Under the pieces are notes generated by a model. It was not told where the DNA came from and ran no database searches. It worked only from the letters and a program-made list of their open reading frames with translations. A stretch of DNA of 64,000 bases, taken from positions 91,822,001 through 91,886,000 of the forward strand of contig NC_087439.1 in assembly GCF_036321535.1 (NCBI RefSeq). The letters run 5' to 3'. Positions within the stretch are counted from its first letter, which is position 1. Each line of letters opens with the position of its first letter. Of this stretch, positions 1-11,830 are shown one piece after another. Position numbers and translations under genes: made by a program. This stretch comes from Camelus dromedarius (lineage: Eukaryota).

Positions 1-420
1 ATGGTAGCCGTAGCGGCAGCGGGCTCGGGTGCCACTTACCCGGCAGGAGCCCGCCCGGGCCGAGCGGAAACAGAGCTGATCGAGCGGGAGCCGGGGCCGA
101 AGCCGGGGCGGAGCGGGGCAGGCAGCCGCTCTCTCCGTGCGCCCGTATCCTTCTCTGCCGCCTCCCGGAGCTGCGCAGCCCGCCGGCCCCGAGGGAGGGG
201 GCGCGCCGGCGGCTCCACCCTCCTCTGCCCGCCCCCCGCGCCCCCTCCTTCTTCCTGCCTCCATCCAGGCTACCTGTCAGCTCAGTGGCAGCTCGGGGGC
301 GGGGATGGCGAAGGCGGCTGCGGGAACACGCTCCCGAGGGTCTGACACAGGCTTTGGGCTCGAGGATTCCAGGTTCACCCGTGTCCTGAGAGAAGTGAGG
401 GCGCGCCAGGTACTCCCGGA
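1..420. promoter_or_regulatory. CpG island / TATA-less GC-box promoter of the putative ECEL1 gene
   Basis: Very high GC and CpG density; GC boxes such as GGGGGCGGGG near 295-304 and C-rich tracts at 228-250. Confidence 0.75.
40..190 (-). other. ECEL1: Probable non-coding first exon of ECEL1 (endothelin-converting enzyme-like 1 / DINE); rest of gene lies left of the window; 5' boundary approximate
   Basis: CpG-dense; minus-strand consensus donor CGG|GTAAGTG (exon ends at 40, GT at 39-38); about 30 kb upstream of and divergent from PRSS56, matching the remembered human order ECEL1-PRSS56-CHRND-CHRNG-EIF4E2. No coding sequence visible, so identity rests on synteny. Confidence 0.6.
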
Positions 421-3400
421 AAGGGGTCCCCTCTGATCCAACGCCCCTACTCAGGGATGCCTACCAGCCCTCAGGAAAGGGGCTCAAGCTGAAGATGAGG
501 AGGCTAGTGGGCCATTACAGCCACAGGACTGGAGCATCGCCCAGGCAGGAGTCCCGAAAGGCTGTGGGTGCACTTGAATAGTGCCTGTAACTCCTGGCAC
601 ACCGCCTGCAGCAGAGCAGGCGTCCATAAGGGGGTTTCCTGGTCCTCCCTTTTAGCTCCTGCCCATGTCCAGCCCTCCGCGGGCGCCAGGGGTTTTGGTT
701 CACCCTGCCCCTGATGGAGGAAGAGCCTGAGAGGCTGCTGCAAGAAAGGGCCACAGGGCTGAGACTGAGCGCCTCCCCCAAAACTTGGCTGGCCTGGGTC
801 CCCACTGCTCTGGAAGCCCCTGGGGAAGGAAACGACTGGAGAGAAATGAAAGAGCCCACCCTGCAGGAGCCAGGGAGGGAGGGAGTCCACCTGCTCTGCA
901 CAGCAGCTCCAGCTCTCTAACTGGGTCTTGGGCCTCAGGACCTTGGTATTTGGGCTGGTGGGAGGACAGGTCAGGTAGGGGGGCTAGGAATTATTCATCC
1001 AATCCTTTATCCTGGTTCAACCTCCTTTTTTAATGTGGGACCTCCCTCCCTGGACACAGGGCCTACTTCCCCCTGGCTGACTCACCACTGCACTCAGTTT
1101 CTGGTCCATGTGGGGCACAGGTAACTCAGGGCTTCTTGGATGAATGATACTGTTTCTGGAGTCTCTGCCATCTCCACCCTGCCCTCCCTTTCCTTCTGCT
1201 TCCAGTGTCCCTAGCAGGGGACCCCACAAAGCAGCGGCACTCCCAGGCGTGGTGGTTTCAGCTTGCAGGACTGGCCTAAACAACTAAACAACATTAGAGA
1301 CAGCCCAGGACTGCTATAGAGCCCCATCTGATTAAAACCACAATGAGGCAGTGACTAAACAACTCGATACTCTGTCCCCTCCCTGAGGTTGCTCATTAGT
1401 CCAGAGATTGGCCCCTGGCCTTGAGTGAAGTGGCCACCTCTGTCCCAGTTCTGTCTGTCCCTTGTGTGTCCATCTGTTCACCTCTAAGCCACCTTCTGGA
1501 TATTCTTTGCCTCCACCTCTGACCATCTCACGGTCCTCCTTTGACCCAAGTGTTCTTCTTGGGTCTAATTAATTCTACCCATGGGAGGTGGGATTATGTA
1601 AAATGTGGTGATTCCATAAAGGAGGGGAGGGCAGGGCAGTGGCAAAGTGGCTCTTTGTGCTTTTAATCTGCATTTTTCCCTCAACGTTTTGTCTCCAGGA
1701 GGATAATTTTCCAGTCTTTTCAGGCCCTGATTGGTATCATTTCTCCAGCAATGACAGCTTTTATTTTCCCTGAAATGAATGTCATGAAATTTCCAAGAAA
1801 TATAAAAATGGATATTGTCTCAGGGAGCTGACTCTCTTCTAACAGAAAGGCACAAAGGCAAACCTGCTTCCCCAGGGATGCTGCTGCTCCAGCCACTGGA
1901 GGGTGGGGAGCCAGGCCCTCAGCTCGCCCTCCCCGCCTCCCTCCCAGGTCAGCTGTAGGACCCCCTCCTGGCCATCCCTCTCCCAGAGTCTCAGCTGCCG
2001 TTGATCTGTTCCTGTGCCTCCCCATTCCTGGCCAGGCCATCCTGTCTGCCTGCCTCGCTCCATCTGGCCTCTCTGTACAGCACCTCATCCTCCACACCCA
2101 GCCCCAGAGGCTCCCCCAGGGCTGAGCACAGCAACCAGGGCTCACAGGAGGTGACTGAGGACTGGGCCCATGACCACTCAGTCCCAGTCCCCCCAGCACC
2201 GCCCACCAATAAGGGTGACCATGCCCCGCCTCCTGTGCCCTTCTGTCCCTTCTCAGAAAGGGAAGCTGAGTTGAGGCCTCATCTGGCCTCCAGCTGCCTC
2301 AGTCTTTTTGAGAGTCCTGGGGTGCCCCTCCCATTGTCAAAATAACTCCCTGAGGAGCAAGAGAATGAGAGGACCCAGCCCAGCCCTGAGGAGGTAACTG
2401 GATTCCCATTTTGGGGTGGAGGGGAACAGGGGAGCACTGACAAGAGCTGATTGGTGAGAGAAGGGGGCTGGGGGCAGAGGTGAGGGGACCCTCTACGTCT
2501 TCCCTTCCCAGATCCCATCCCACCCCATGCTGGGTGGGCATCATGGGTCTGGATTCTAGGAAAGGGGCACAGAGCAGCCTCTTCTATGTCCCACTCTATG
2601 GGGACAGCAGTCTCCACACTAATGACTCACGTCTATTAAGCTTCCACCAGATGAGTTGCTAAATGCTTGACTTCAAAGGAGGGCTGCCATCCTGGAGGCA
2701 GCCTGGCCCTGCCTGGAGCCCATCCTGATGAGACTCATTTCTGCACCTATGGGGAAGGACTGGGCCCCATCTGCCTGCTGCTCGAGCCTGAACCCCCTAG
2801 CTCTGCCTCTGATCTGGAGATGACCCCGGCCTCCACCCTGCCTGACTGGCTCCCCCACCCCCACCAACAGTGCTGTGGAATCTTCCCTGCCCAGGAAAAC
2901 ATCCCCCACAACCAGCTTCCTGGCCTCCGGCTGGCCTCCCAGGACTCATCCCATCTATTATTCACAGCACAAAATGGATTTTTAATTTGAGAAATGAAAC
3001 GACTCTCCCAAGTGGCTGGGGTGGCAGGGAGGGGGCGGGGAGAGGCTGGAGCCTTGGGGGGGGGGGGGCAACACGGTGCTGACTCAGATTCCTGTTGGAA
3101 AGCTGTGTGTCCACAGCAGCTCTGGGGGATCCCTAGGGCCTACGTACCCCTACACCCAGCCTATTCCTCCAGTCTGTTGCTATCACCAGATGGGGTGAAA
3201 GGTGACCATCACTCCTGCTGAGCTCCGAGTGGGGTCTGCTCCTGGCCAGGCAGGGCGCTAGGGACTCTGCACTCTGCTTGCTGCCAGATCCCTGGGCTTG
3301 GAGGGCAGCCCTTGGGCTCCCTGGCCTGGTCCAACTCCTCCCCAAACTTCCTGGCCATCACTGGGCTGAGCTCAAGATTCTCCCCAGAGCAGACCACCAG

Positions 3401-3986
3401 CTGATCTCCTCTGCTAGGTCCCAACACCTTGCTATGCCCACTCCAACCTGGACAGCTACCCCAGGCCCCACACTGGCCTCCAGCTCCCAGAGCCCCTCCT
3501 CACCCCCAGGATAGAACTTACACCTAAGTGGCCCAAGGCCGTGATCTCTTCCTGACCTCTGCTCTGCTCTGTCTGTCTCCTGATCCCCTACCTCTCTTCC
3601 CTGGTCACTTTGTTATATTTTCATTTCCCAGAACATAGCAGGCTCTCCCTCACCTCAGGGCCTTAGCACTTCTCCCAGAACCTCTTCCATTGGCCAAGTG
3701 CCACTCATCCTTCTTGAGGTGCCAGCTTTCCTCTCTGGTCCTGTGCTAGTTCCGTGGACCTGGGCTCGCTCTTCCTGGGCCCCAGCTATGCTTCCTGCTT
3801 AGTAGTTGTATAGTTTACTCAACTGTGTAGCCCAGAGCAGGGCAGAGACAGTGCATCTGATAGACATGGAACGTTCTCACACAGCTGTGTTCGGCCTATG
3901 AAACGGCCATTTTGAAGTATTCCCCAGGAAGGCGATTTCCATTCCCACTGTGCAGAGACTCTTCTTTGGGGTCATCTACCAACCTC

Positions 3987-4132
3987 NNNNNNNNNNNNNN
4001 NNNNNNNNNNNNNNNNNNNNNNNNNNNNNNNNNNNNNNNNNNNNNNNNNNNNNNNNNNNNNNNNNNNNNNNNNNNNNNNNNNNNNNNNNNNNNNNNNNNN
4101 NNNNNNNNNNNNNNNNNNNNNNNNNNNNNNNN
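3987..4132. other. Assembly gap (N run)
   Basis: 146 N. Confidence 1.
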
Positions 4133-4257
4133 ACTTAACCTAAGCCTGTTGGGGGCCTGAAAGCCTTCCCTCACACACATCCCCTTCCCAGTCTTTCCCA
4201 AGGTAAGGTAAGCTCTTGACTACCTCAGTATGAGCATCTAGGCACCTGCCAACGTTG

Positions 4258-4297
4258 CTTTCTTTTTCTTTTTCTTTTTCTTTTTCTTTTTCTTTTT
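4258..4297. repeat. (TCTTTT)n simple repeat
   Basis: Direct reading. Confidence 0.9.
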
Positions 4298-5229
4298 AAT
4301 AACTGAGACACCAGGAGATATGTGATTTGGTGCCCTGTACCCACAGGCCTCCACCAGCCTCTCCCACACAGAAGTCCCCATTGTCTCCATCCCCAACCCA
4401 GGGACACAGGTGGTCTTGCCCATACCTGTCTGGTCTCCAAAGCCCAGGCCTTGTCTGGTGTCCTGCCTCTCACTCTCCCTCTCAGCCCACCCCGCCCGCC
4501 CTCCCTGCTCCAGCTCCACTCCATCCCCTGGAGGCTCTGCCCAGGTGGTGGCACAGCCCCTCAATTCTGACCCCAGGTTCCATCTGTACCTGCGGCTCCA
4601 GAGGCTCTCCACATTCCAAATCCAGCTCATCTTTCATTTCTCCTCCTCTTCCTCACTCCCTACTTCAGGCCCAAGTCCCAGCATCCCACTCTGGAAAGGC
4701 TTCTCTCTCCCCTCCTCCTTCCCAGCCCATCCTGTGCCAGTTCTGGCCCTTAGTTCTCCATTCCTGACTGGAGGAAGGGGGTGTCTTCCCTTTGCCCACC
4801 CAGACACTGCTGCTGCCCCCTGCCCGTTCCCGCCCCACACCCTCCGGGACCCTCAGCATGGTTTCTGAGGCTTCCTTGGTCTGGCTCCAGCCCCCTTTCT
4901 AGCCTCCTCATTCAAGGTTCCCTAATTCCCACCTCCTGAAGGGGATTGTACCCCCACCTCGGTGCCTTTGTTATACGTCCCCTCTGCCAGAGTGCCTTTA
5001 CCCCAGCCCTCCTGTCCCCCTTTAGGTCTGTCTCAAGCTTCCAGGATCCCTGGGAGTCCCCACAGCCCCGCGGGTCCTCACCTGAGGGAGGCAGCTGAGA
5101 CACATGCCCTGTGTGCCCAGCCTGGAGCCTGGTCCCTGGCCTGGGCTGACCGGAGCAGACCTCAGCTGGGACCTGGATGCCCTCTAACCAACAGCTATGG
5201 TGGGCCCTACTCCCCCCCCCGCCCCCCGT

Positions 5230-5450
5230 AACAGATGTAGAGCATCTCCTATGCGCATGCTCTGTCCAAGCTCTCTGCGGGCTTCACCACACTGAGTCTC
5301 ACAGTGAACCTGCCAGGGGCCCCTGTCACTGGCCCCAATTTACACAGAGGAAACTAAGGCCCAGAGAAGGAAAGAAAGTAGCCCAGGCTCACCCAGCTCA
5401 AAAGCACTGAAGCTGAAATTTGAACCCATGTCTACAGCATTCACGCAGAC
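5230..5450 (-). mobile_element. MIR SINE
   Basis: Core GAGGAAACTAAGGCCCAGAGAAGG...AAATTTGAACCCA. Confidence 0.7.
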
Positions 5451-6875
5451 TCCGAGCTGGGAGCCAAAAGGACAGCTCTGTAGGGAGCGGGCAGGGCACT
5501 CAGAACCCACGTGAAGGCAACATGGGGCCAGGGGCCAGGCTGTGAGCTCCATCCAGAACTGCGTTGGGGGTAAGGAATCTGGGGAGCCAGGCGGGTGCCA
5601 AGGCTGGCTTTGCCCAGAGACTTCAGGAGGGATCTCAGGGCCTGACGCTTAGCCTCGGCCTCCCTTCCAGATACCCCACCTCCAAGGGCCCTTCCTGGAC
5701 CTCCCTGATTGAAGCGCCCAGTCATTTTTTGTCTGTTGTCCTGGGTGCATGTATAGTATTTGACATTATCTTGTGACCTGGCATTTTCGTGGTCTCTCTT
5801 CCTCAGCTCTGTTGAGACCCCAGTTTTTCCAACCTCATCCCTCCTGCCCTGCCTGAGTGGGAAGGCCTTGGCCACAGGCCATTGGGGGTGTTGGCCAGGT
5901 TGACAGAGCCAAAGCAGGGTGGTGACCATGGGGTCAGGGAGGAGAGGGAGGAGAGACTCTGAGGTCTGAGGCCTCCAGCTCTGACAGGCCCCTTAGGCTT
6001 TTATTTGAATGAACAGGACACAACAGAGGCAAGTAAGGCTGTAAGGGCTGGGGGAGGGGAATAGGAAAGTGAACCCCAGAGCCTGGAGCACCCCTTCCTG
6101 TCAGGGTACCCACAGCTCGTTGCTTGTGATAGCAAGGAGGAGGGCTTGGAATGGGCAGAGCCCAGAGAAGCCAGCAGGCCCTGCAGAGCCCCTTCCTTGC
6201 CTCACAGGGTCACTGGGTTGTGGTCCCCTCCCCCAGCACTCCATCATCATTTCAAGTGATCAGAGCTGAAGGGGATCATTAGCTAATTAAAGCCAAGGCC
6301 ACTAATTGTCCCTTGTAGGAGAGAAAGCAGGACTGCAGAGGGAAGGAGACAGCAGGCTCAGAGGGACTCAGAGGGGCCGGGCATAGGGCCCCTGCCCTGG
6401 GCAGGGCCTCCATCTAGGCTGTGTGTATAGGAGAGGGCTGTGTCCTTGGTGTGGAACTGTGGGATGGGGGCAAGAGCCCGGACTCAGAGCTCCCATCCAA
6501 CAACTGTGCGTCTTCGTGAACATCCACACCCGCTTCTGCCTACCGCCCGCCCGCCTTGGATTGTGAGCTGGGGTGGTGTGTGGTGAGGGACTCCCACAGA
6601 CATCCTCTGGATGCTGTGATAGGTCAGATTTGAGGACAGGGAGCAGGATGCTAGGGTCCCAGGCCCCAGGCTGGCCCCGAGGAGGAAGTCTGCCTGCCAA
6701 ATAAGTGTCTGCCCTCCCCTCCACCCCTTACAGCCTGAGGCAGGTGAACTATCAGCAGTGGTGCACATCCACATGTCCGAGAGGGCCAGCCACACCTGGT
6801 GCCGCCCTTAGCCTGGCACCGATTCCCGCCTAGCGGGATGTCCCAGGGCCTTCTGTCAGAACTACCAAATAGGGT

Positions 6876-7493
6876 TGTTGGTTTCCTATTCCTGTGTAAT
6901 GAATTACCACAAACATAGCAACTTAAAACTAGACAAATTTATTGTCTCTGTAGGTCAGAAGTCCAGGCGCAGCATGGCTGGATTCTCTGCTCAGGGCCTC
7001 ACTGGGCTGAAGTCCACATCCATTGGGGCTGGGTTCTCCCTTAGGGCTCAGGCTCCTCTTCCAAGCTCAGGGGTTGTGGCAGAATTCAGTTCCTTCGGTT
7101 GGAGAATCAAGGTGTCCCATCTTTTCTGGCTGCCAACCAGGGGCTGCTCTCAGCTTCCAGAGGCCACTGCATCTCTTGCCTTGAGGCCCCTCCAACTCCA
7201 AAGTCACCAATGGAAAATCTCCCCCACATTGAATTTTTGTCATGCTTAGATCTGTCTTCCTCTCATCCACCAGCCAGAGAAAGGCTGCTTTTTCTCTGCT
7301 TTTAAAGGCCCCGTATAATTAGGTCTGATAATCTCCCCATCTTAAGGTCAACTTGTTTGGAATCTTAATTACATCTGCAAAATTCCTTCGTAACAGTACC
7401 TAGATTTATGTTTGGTTGAATAGTAGGGAGAAATATGTCTGTACATCAGGGTCCAGGAATCGTGGGGGGCATCTTGGGATTCTGCCTGTCACA
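6876..7493 (-). mobile_element. MaLR solo LTR, MLT1E-like
   Basis: Minus strand begins TGTGACAGGCAGAATCCCAAGATG and ends ...GGAAACCAACA; typical MLT1 internal motifs. Confidence 0.75.
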
Positions 7494-7559
7494 GAAGTTA
7501 TGAGGGAAAGAGCTAAGGCCTGGTAAGAATACTAGCAGCTGACTTCTGGGCCAGGTCTT

Positions 7560-7700
7560 GGGCTTCAAGTTCTAAGTTATCTCCTTTAATCCTCAGCACA
7601 ATTCTAGGAGCAGGTGCTACTAGTGTCACCATTTTATAGAGGCAGAAACTGAGGCCGTGAGAGGTTAAGTGATTTTCACAGTCACACAGCTCGAGAACGG
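7560..7700 (-). mobile_element. MIR SINE
   Basis: CATTTTATAGAGGCAGAAACTGAGGCCGTGAGAGGTTAAGTGA. Confidence 0.7.
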
Positions 7701-8845
7701 TCAAGCTGGGATACTAGGGTAATACAACGTCTAAGCCAGCTCTTACTGTGTTCTCTTAGGAAAGTTGTATAACCTCTCTGGGCCTCTGTGGAAAAAGGGA
7801 AATGAAGTCCATTTTCCATGGAGAGGTAGGCCAGCCTCCAGGGCCCACACTGCCGGGGATGGGTGGGGTCTGGCCTGCGCCATCCTCATCTCAGTGGTCC
7901 TGAGGGGTGCTTGATTGGCACTTATGGCACTCAGTGAGATGGAGTGGGACTGGGGTCCCTGATGTCAGCAGTCCAACTGCAGCCATTCTGGCTTCTTCAA
8001 CCCAAAGACAGAATGTTCCCAGGCACTGAGGCTAGGAGGCTTACGGTTACCACGGGGCCCCTGACACAGACATAGGAACCCCAGGATTAATGGCCAGGAA
8101 ATTGCTGATCACAAGCAGGCTAGTCTCCTTAGAGAACCAAATAGGGGCTTTCAGACCTTTGCCCAAGGGTGGGCATGTGTGTCTGGAGCGGGTGCCTCGC
8201 CCACATCCAGGCTCTGGCTCTCTTGACTCAGCTGGACAGGCTACTGCTCTGGTGAGAGAGGGACCCAGAGAGGTGGCAGTGGCCGCTGCCTGCTCCCCCT
8301 CCCCATAAGAAAGACTGTCAGTCAACCCCAGCAGGCCCCCACACAATCAGCCTCCTCCCACCCACCCTCTTCGCCCCTATGCTTGAGCAGCCTCCCTCAG
8401 TAACGGGGCTTAATCATAACATGCATTAGCTAGGGCCTGCTGCCTGCAATTACTGCTTCAATCAGCCACCCACCACCCTCCGCCCCCAGCCTCAGGCCAC
8501 CTGTGGGGACATCCTGCCCCACCCTCCCTGGCCCCCTCCCCAAATGCAGGGCAGGTGCCCCAGGCTCTGCAGTTGGAAAGAGAAGTGACCCCTGGCAGTG
8601 AGGGGGCTGGGGGTGGGGGTGGCCAGCGGCCAGAGGACAGAGAGCTACAGCTCAGGGTCACAGGCAATTATTTTAAAAGCCTGTTGGACAAAAAAATAAA
8701 TAAATAAATAAAAGCCTGTTGGAAACTGCGCTGCCTTCCCAGCACAGCGGCGGGCTCATCCTGAGGGTTGCACTGCCCCAGGTTGCTGACACGCTTGCAT
8801 ACACACATGGGTGTTTACATGTGCTAGTTCCACCCCCCATGCAAG

Positions 8846-8885
8846 CATACACACACAAACACACACACATACACACACACACACA
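8846..8885. repeat. Interrupted (CA)n microsatellite
   Basis: Direct reading. Confidence 0.9.
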
Positions 8886-10199
8886 AGGATGGGTGTGTGC
8901 CAGGGCACATGGCAGTGGATGCATAGCCCTAGGGGGCCCACATGGACCCCAAAGAGTTGGGTACTGGCTGCCTCCAAGGTATGGACGCACAAGGAGGTTC
9001 ACCTGAGTGACCCTTTGCACCCCTGCCCCCTCCAAGCACAGACTGCCTCCTGTCCTTTGGCTCCCCTAGCCCAGCCATGAGGCACAGGGGGCCTGAGCTG
9101 AATTGGATGACTGCCTGTTCCATCCAGCCTCAGAGCTTGAGTGGGGGCTGGAGAAAAGGGGAGAAGGCGGACCTGGCAGGGGGAGGGGTGGGGGAGGGGA
9201 CTGCTGTTGTGCTGTGATTCTTTCTAATTGCTGTTTTGCTGAGAGGTAATTAAAATCCCTTTTTATTTCACACGTCAGAGCCCTCACCAGCCTGTGGAGA
9301 GGGCACAGGGGGAGGCAGAGAGGTGGGGGCAACCGAAGGCTGGCTGCCTGGCACAGTGAGGGGACAGAGAGGTGGGTCTTCTGAGCCCAGACTGCCAGCC
9401 CAGTCTGCCTGCTAGGAGGACCAGTGACAGCAGTCCCCAGCCCAGCCCCTGACCCAGCCCATGAGTGCCCAGGGGCAGGCCCTGGCCAGGATGTGTGCAG
9501 CCCACCAACGCCAACAAAAGCCACACCTCCCTATGCCTCCTAGATGCCAGGCATTGTGCTGAGCTCCCAACTCATAGGATTGTTACCAAAATAACTACCA
9601 CCGGGTAGATACCATTATTATCCCATGTCAGGACAGTGATAAAACTGAGACTCAGAGATTAAGAAACAGCTGAGATCACCCCCCTCTAACCACAGTGGTA
9701 GAATTGGATTTGAAGAGGTCTGATGCCAAACTCCGAAGTACTATATCAGCCTGACCACTTCAAGCCACATAACTGTCTGCTTCGGCAGAGCCTGCCACAG
9801 TTCCACAGCCCTACCCTGACCCTCCTCAAAGCCTAGAGGGAAGGGCCACAGCCTTCGGACCCCTGCCCAAGGCCCACACATGGTATGGTCACCTGCTGAC
9901 AAGTCACTTGGGACAAAACTGGAGCTTGCCCTGCCCATTGAGGCCTGTGGACACTCCCTGAAGTCTGGGTGGGGCCAAAGGGCCATGGCCAGATCAGAGC
10001 CTGGACTACTACCCAACCAGTGTCAGGCTGGAAAGAAGCAAGGCCCCCTGCCTTCTCCTAGGCTGTCTGGGGGAGGTGGGTTAATAGCAACTGGGCCTCA
10101 CTGGGTGGGGCAGGTGCAAGGTCACTGACCAGCACCTCTCTGTTTCATATGCCACTCCCTTTGCCTTTTCTCTCCCTTCATGTGGGCCAGGAGTTGTGT

Positions 10200-10405
10200 C
10201 ACCCATCCTTTTCATCATCACCATCTCCGCCACCATCAGCACCACTGTCACCATCCATTATCTTTGCCATCAGCATCATCACCGTCATATTTATTTTCAC
10301 CAAAATCATCACCATCATCATCATCATTACAGTTATGAGCATCATCACCACCACTTTCTCAATTATCATCATCATTTCCATCAAAATGACCACCACCATC
10401 ATTGC
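10200..10405. repeat. Degenerate (CAT/CAC)n trinucleotide low-complexity tract
   Basis: Direct reading; runs straight into a MIR. Confidence 0.9.
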
Positions 10406-10640
10406 CACCAGGGCTTACACTGTACCAGGCACTGTTCAAACAATGGGTATTTTATCTCACTGAATCCTCATAATATCTAAGAAGTAGGTGCCAGTATTAT
10501 CCTCTCATTTTACATTTAAGTAGGGGGAAACCAAGGCTTACAATGAAGGAGCTTGCCCAAAGTCACAGAGCCAGGAAGTAGCAGAGGAAGGACTTGAACC
10601 AAAACTGCTTGATATTAGAGCCCAAAGGCATAACCACTAC
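10405..10640 (-). mobile_element. MIR SINE
   Basis: GGGGAAACCAAGGCTTACAATGAAGGAGCTTGCCCAAAGTCACAGAGC. Confidence 0.7.
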
Positions 10641-11629
10641 ACATCACTGCCTCTAAGTTGAAGAACCTGGAGAATCAAGCCAGAGGATGAGAAAAAAGTT
10701 CAGCTTCCCAGGGACCCAGAAGCAGCTAGCCACCCCATTGCCCTGCTGGGCCTTGGCAGCAATCCTACCCCAAGCCTCCTTCTGGCTCAACTTTGCCAGG
10801 GCTGGAGATAGGCGAATGGTCAAAAGGAGCCATGTGACTCAAGAAGCTGGATTCTAGTTTTGTCCCTAGCCGGACAGAGTCCGGACAGCCCCATCTCCCT
10901 TGGCATCCCCTCATTTTCCAGGCCATGTCTCTGGGGGCTTATTCACCTCTTGTGCATGCTGGCCAAGCTGAGGATGGACGGTCAGGCCTGGTGGGGGAAG
11001 GGCACGGAAGTGGCAGCCCAGGGAGAGGGGCAGAGCAGGCAGGAGCCCAGCGGGGCCTTGGGTGATATCTCATGACACAGGACTAGATTGTGGCCAAGAG
11101 AGAAAGCTCCCTCCCAGCCTGCCAACCTTCTCTCTTCAACCCAGGGCATTGGCCTTGTTGTGTTGATCACTCAAGGGGGCCAAGAGGGCAGTCACTCAGG
11201 TCACTTAGAGACCAGCCAGGCACCTGCCGCCTTGCCTGAGGTCTGATGGGAGTGAGAGACAGGCTGGAGACGGCAGAGGAAGGACTGAGAGCAGGTGCCC
11301 CACTCTCTCAAGGGCAGGCATGGTGACCCTGTGTCCTTGGAGCTCAATGCACCGCCATTTATGTGTAATCAGGTCAAGGAAGCAAGACAGGAAGGGAAGA
11401 GAGAAGGATTGCTGAGCAGTGCGGAGGTGGCCAGGGACCCCCCGGGGTCTGCAGGAGTGAGGGAGGGACAGTCTCAGCTACATGCAGCAGCCGGGCCAGA
11501 GAGCAGGGAGGGGTTTTATCCATCATGTGTCCCCAGTGCACAGTGCTGGCACTAGAAGGTACTTAATATTTATAGAATGAAAGAATGGATGAAAACAATT
11601 TCAGGATTAGAACTGTCCCTCAATAGGAC

Positions 11630-11830
11630 ACGACATCCAGTGAGGTAGCTTCCATCACTGGAGCAAAAGGATTAAAAATCTCAGGCTCTAGAGTCAGATG
11701 AATAAGGATTAAATCCTAGCCCCACCATTTCCCAGCTGTGATCAGGTCACTTGGCCTCTTTAAGCCTCAACTTTCTCATCCAAAAATGGGGACAATAATG
11801 TCTATCTGATATCATGTACAGGTGGGGAAT
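11630..11830 (+). mobile_element. MIR SINE
   Basis: GCCTCAACTTTCTCATCCAAAAATGGGGACAATAATG. Confidence 0.7.

Noticed and set aside
1-436. Overlapping 99-114 aa ORFs at the left end
   Set aside because: Ala/Gly/Pro/Arg-rich products of a stop-poor CpG island; no family resemblance.
3066-3086. Possible REST/NRSE site (GGTGCTGA)
   Set aside because: Only one half-site matches; I found no full 21-bp NRSE by eye.
3840-4260. Possible LTR/ERV fragment around the first gap
   Set aside because: Composition is suggestive but no family could be matched and the gap removes the centre.
4225-4630. ORFs with poly-Lys or KRKRKR runs
   Set aside because: Translation of the (TCTTTT)n repeat.
10149-10480. 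His-rich, Ile-rich and Met-rich ORFs
   Set aside because: All frames of the (CAT/CAC)n tract, which merges into a MIR.
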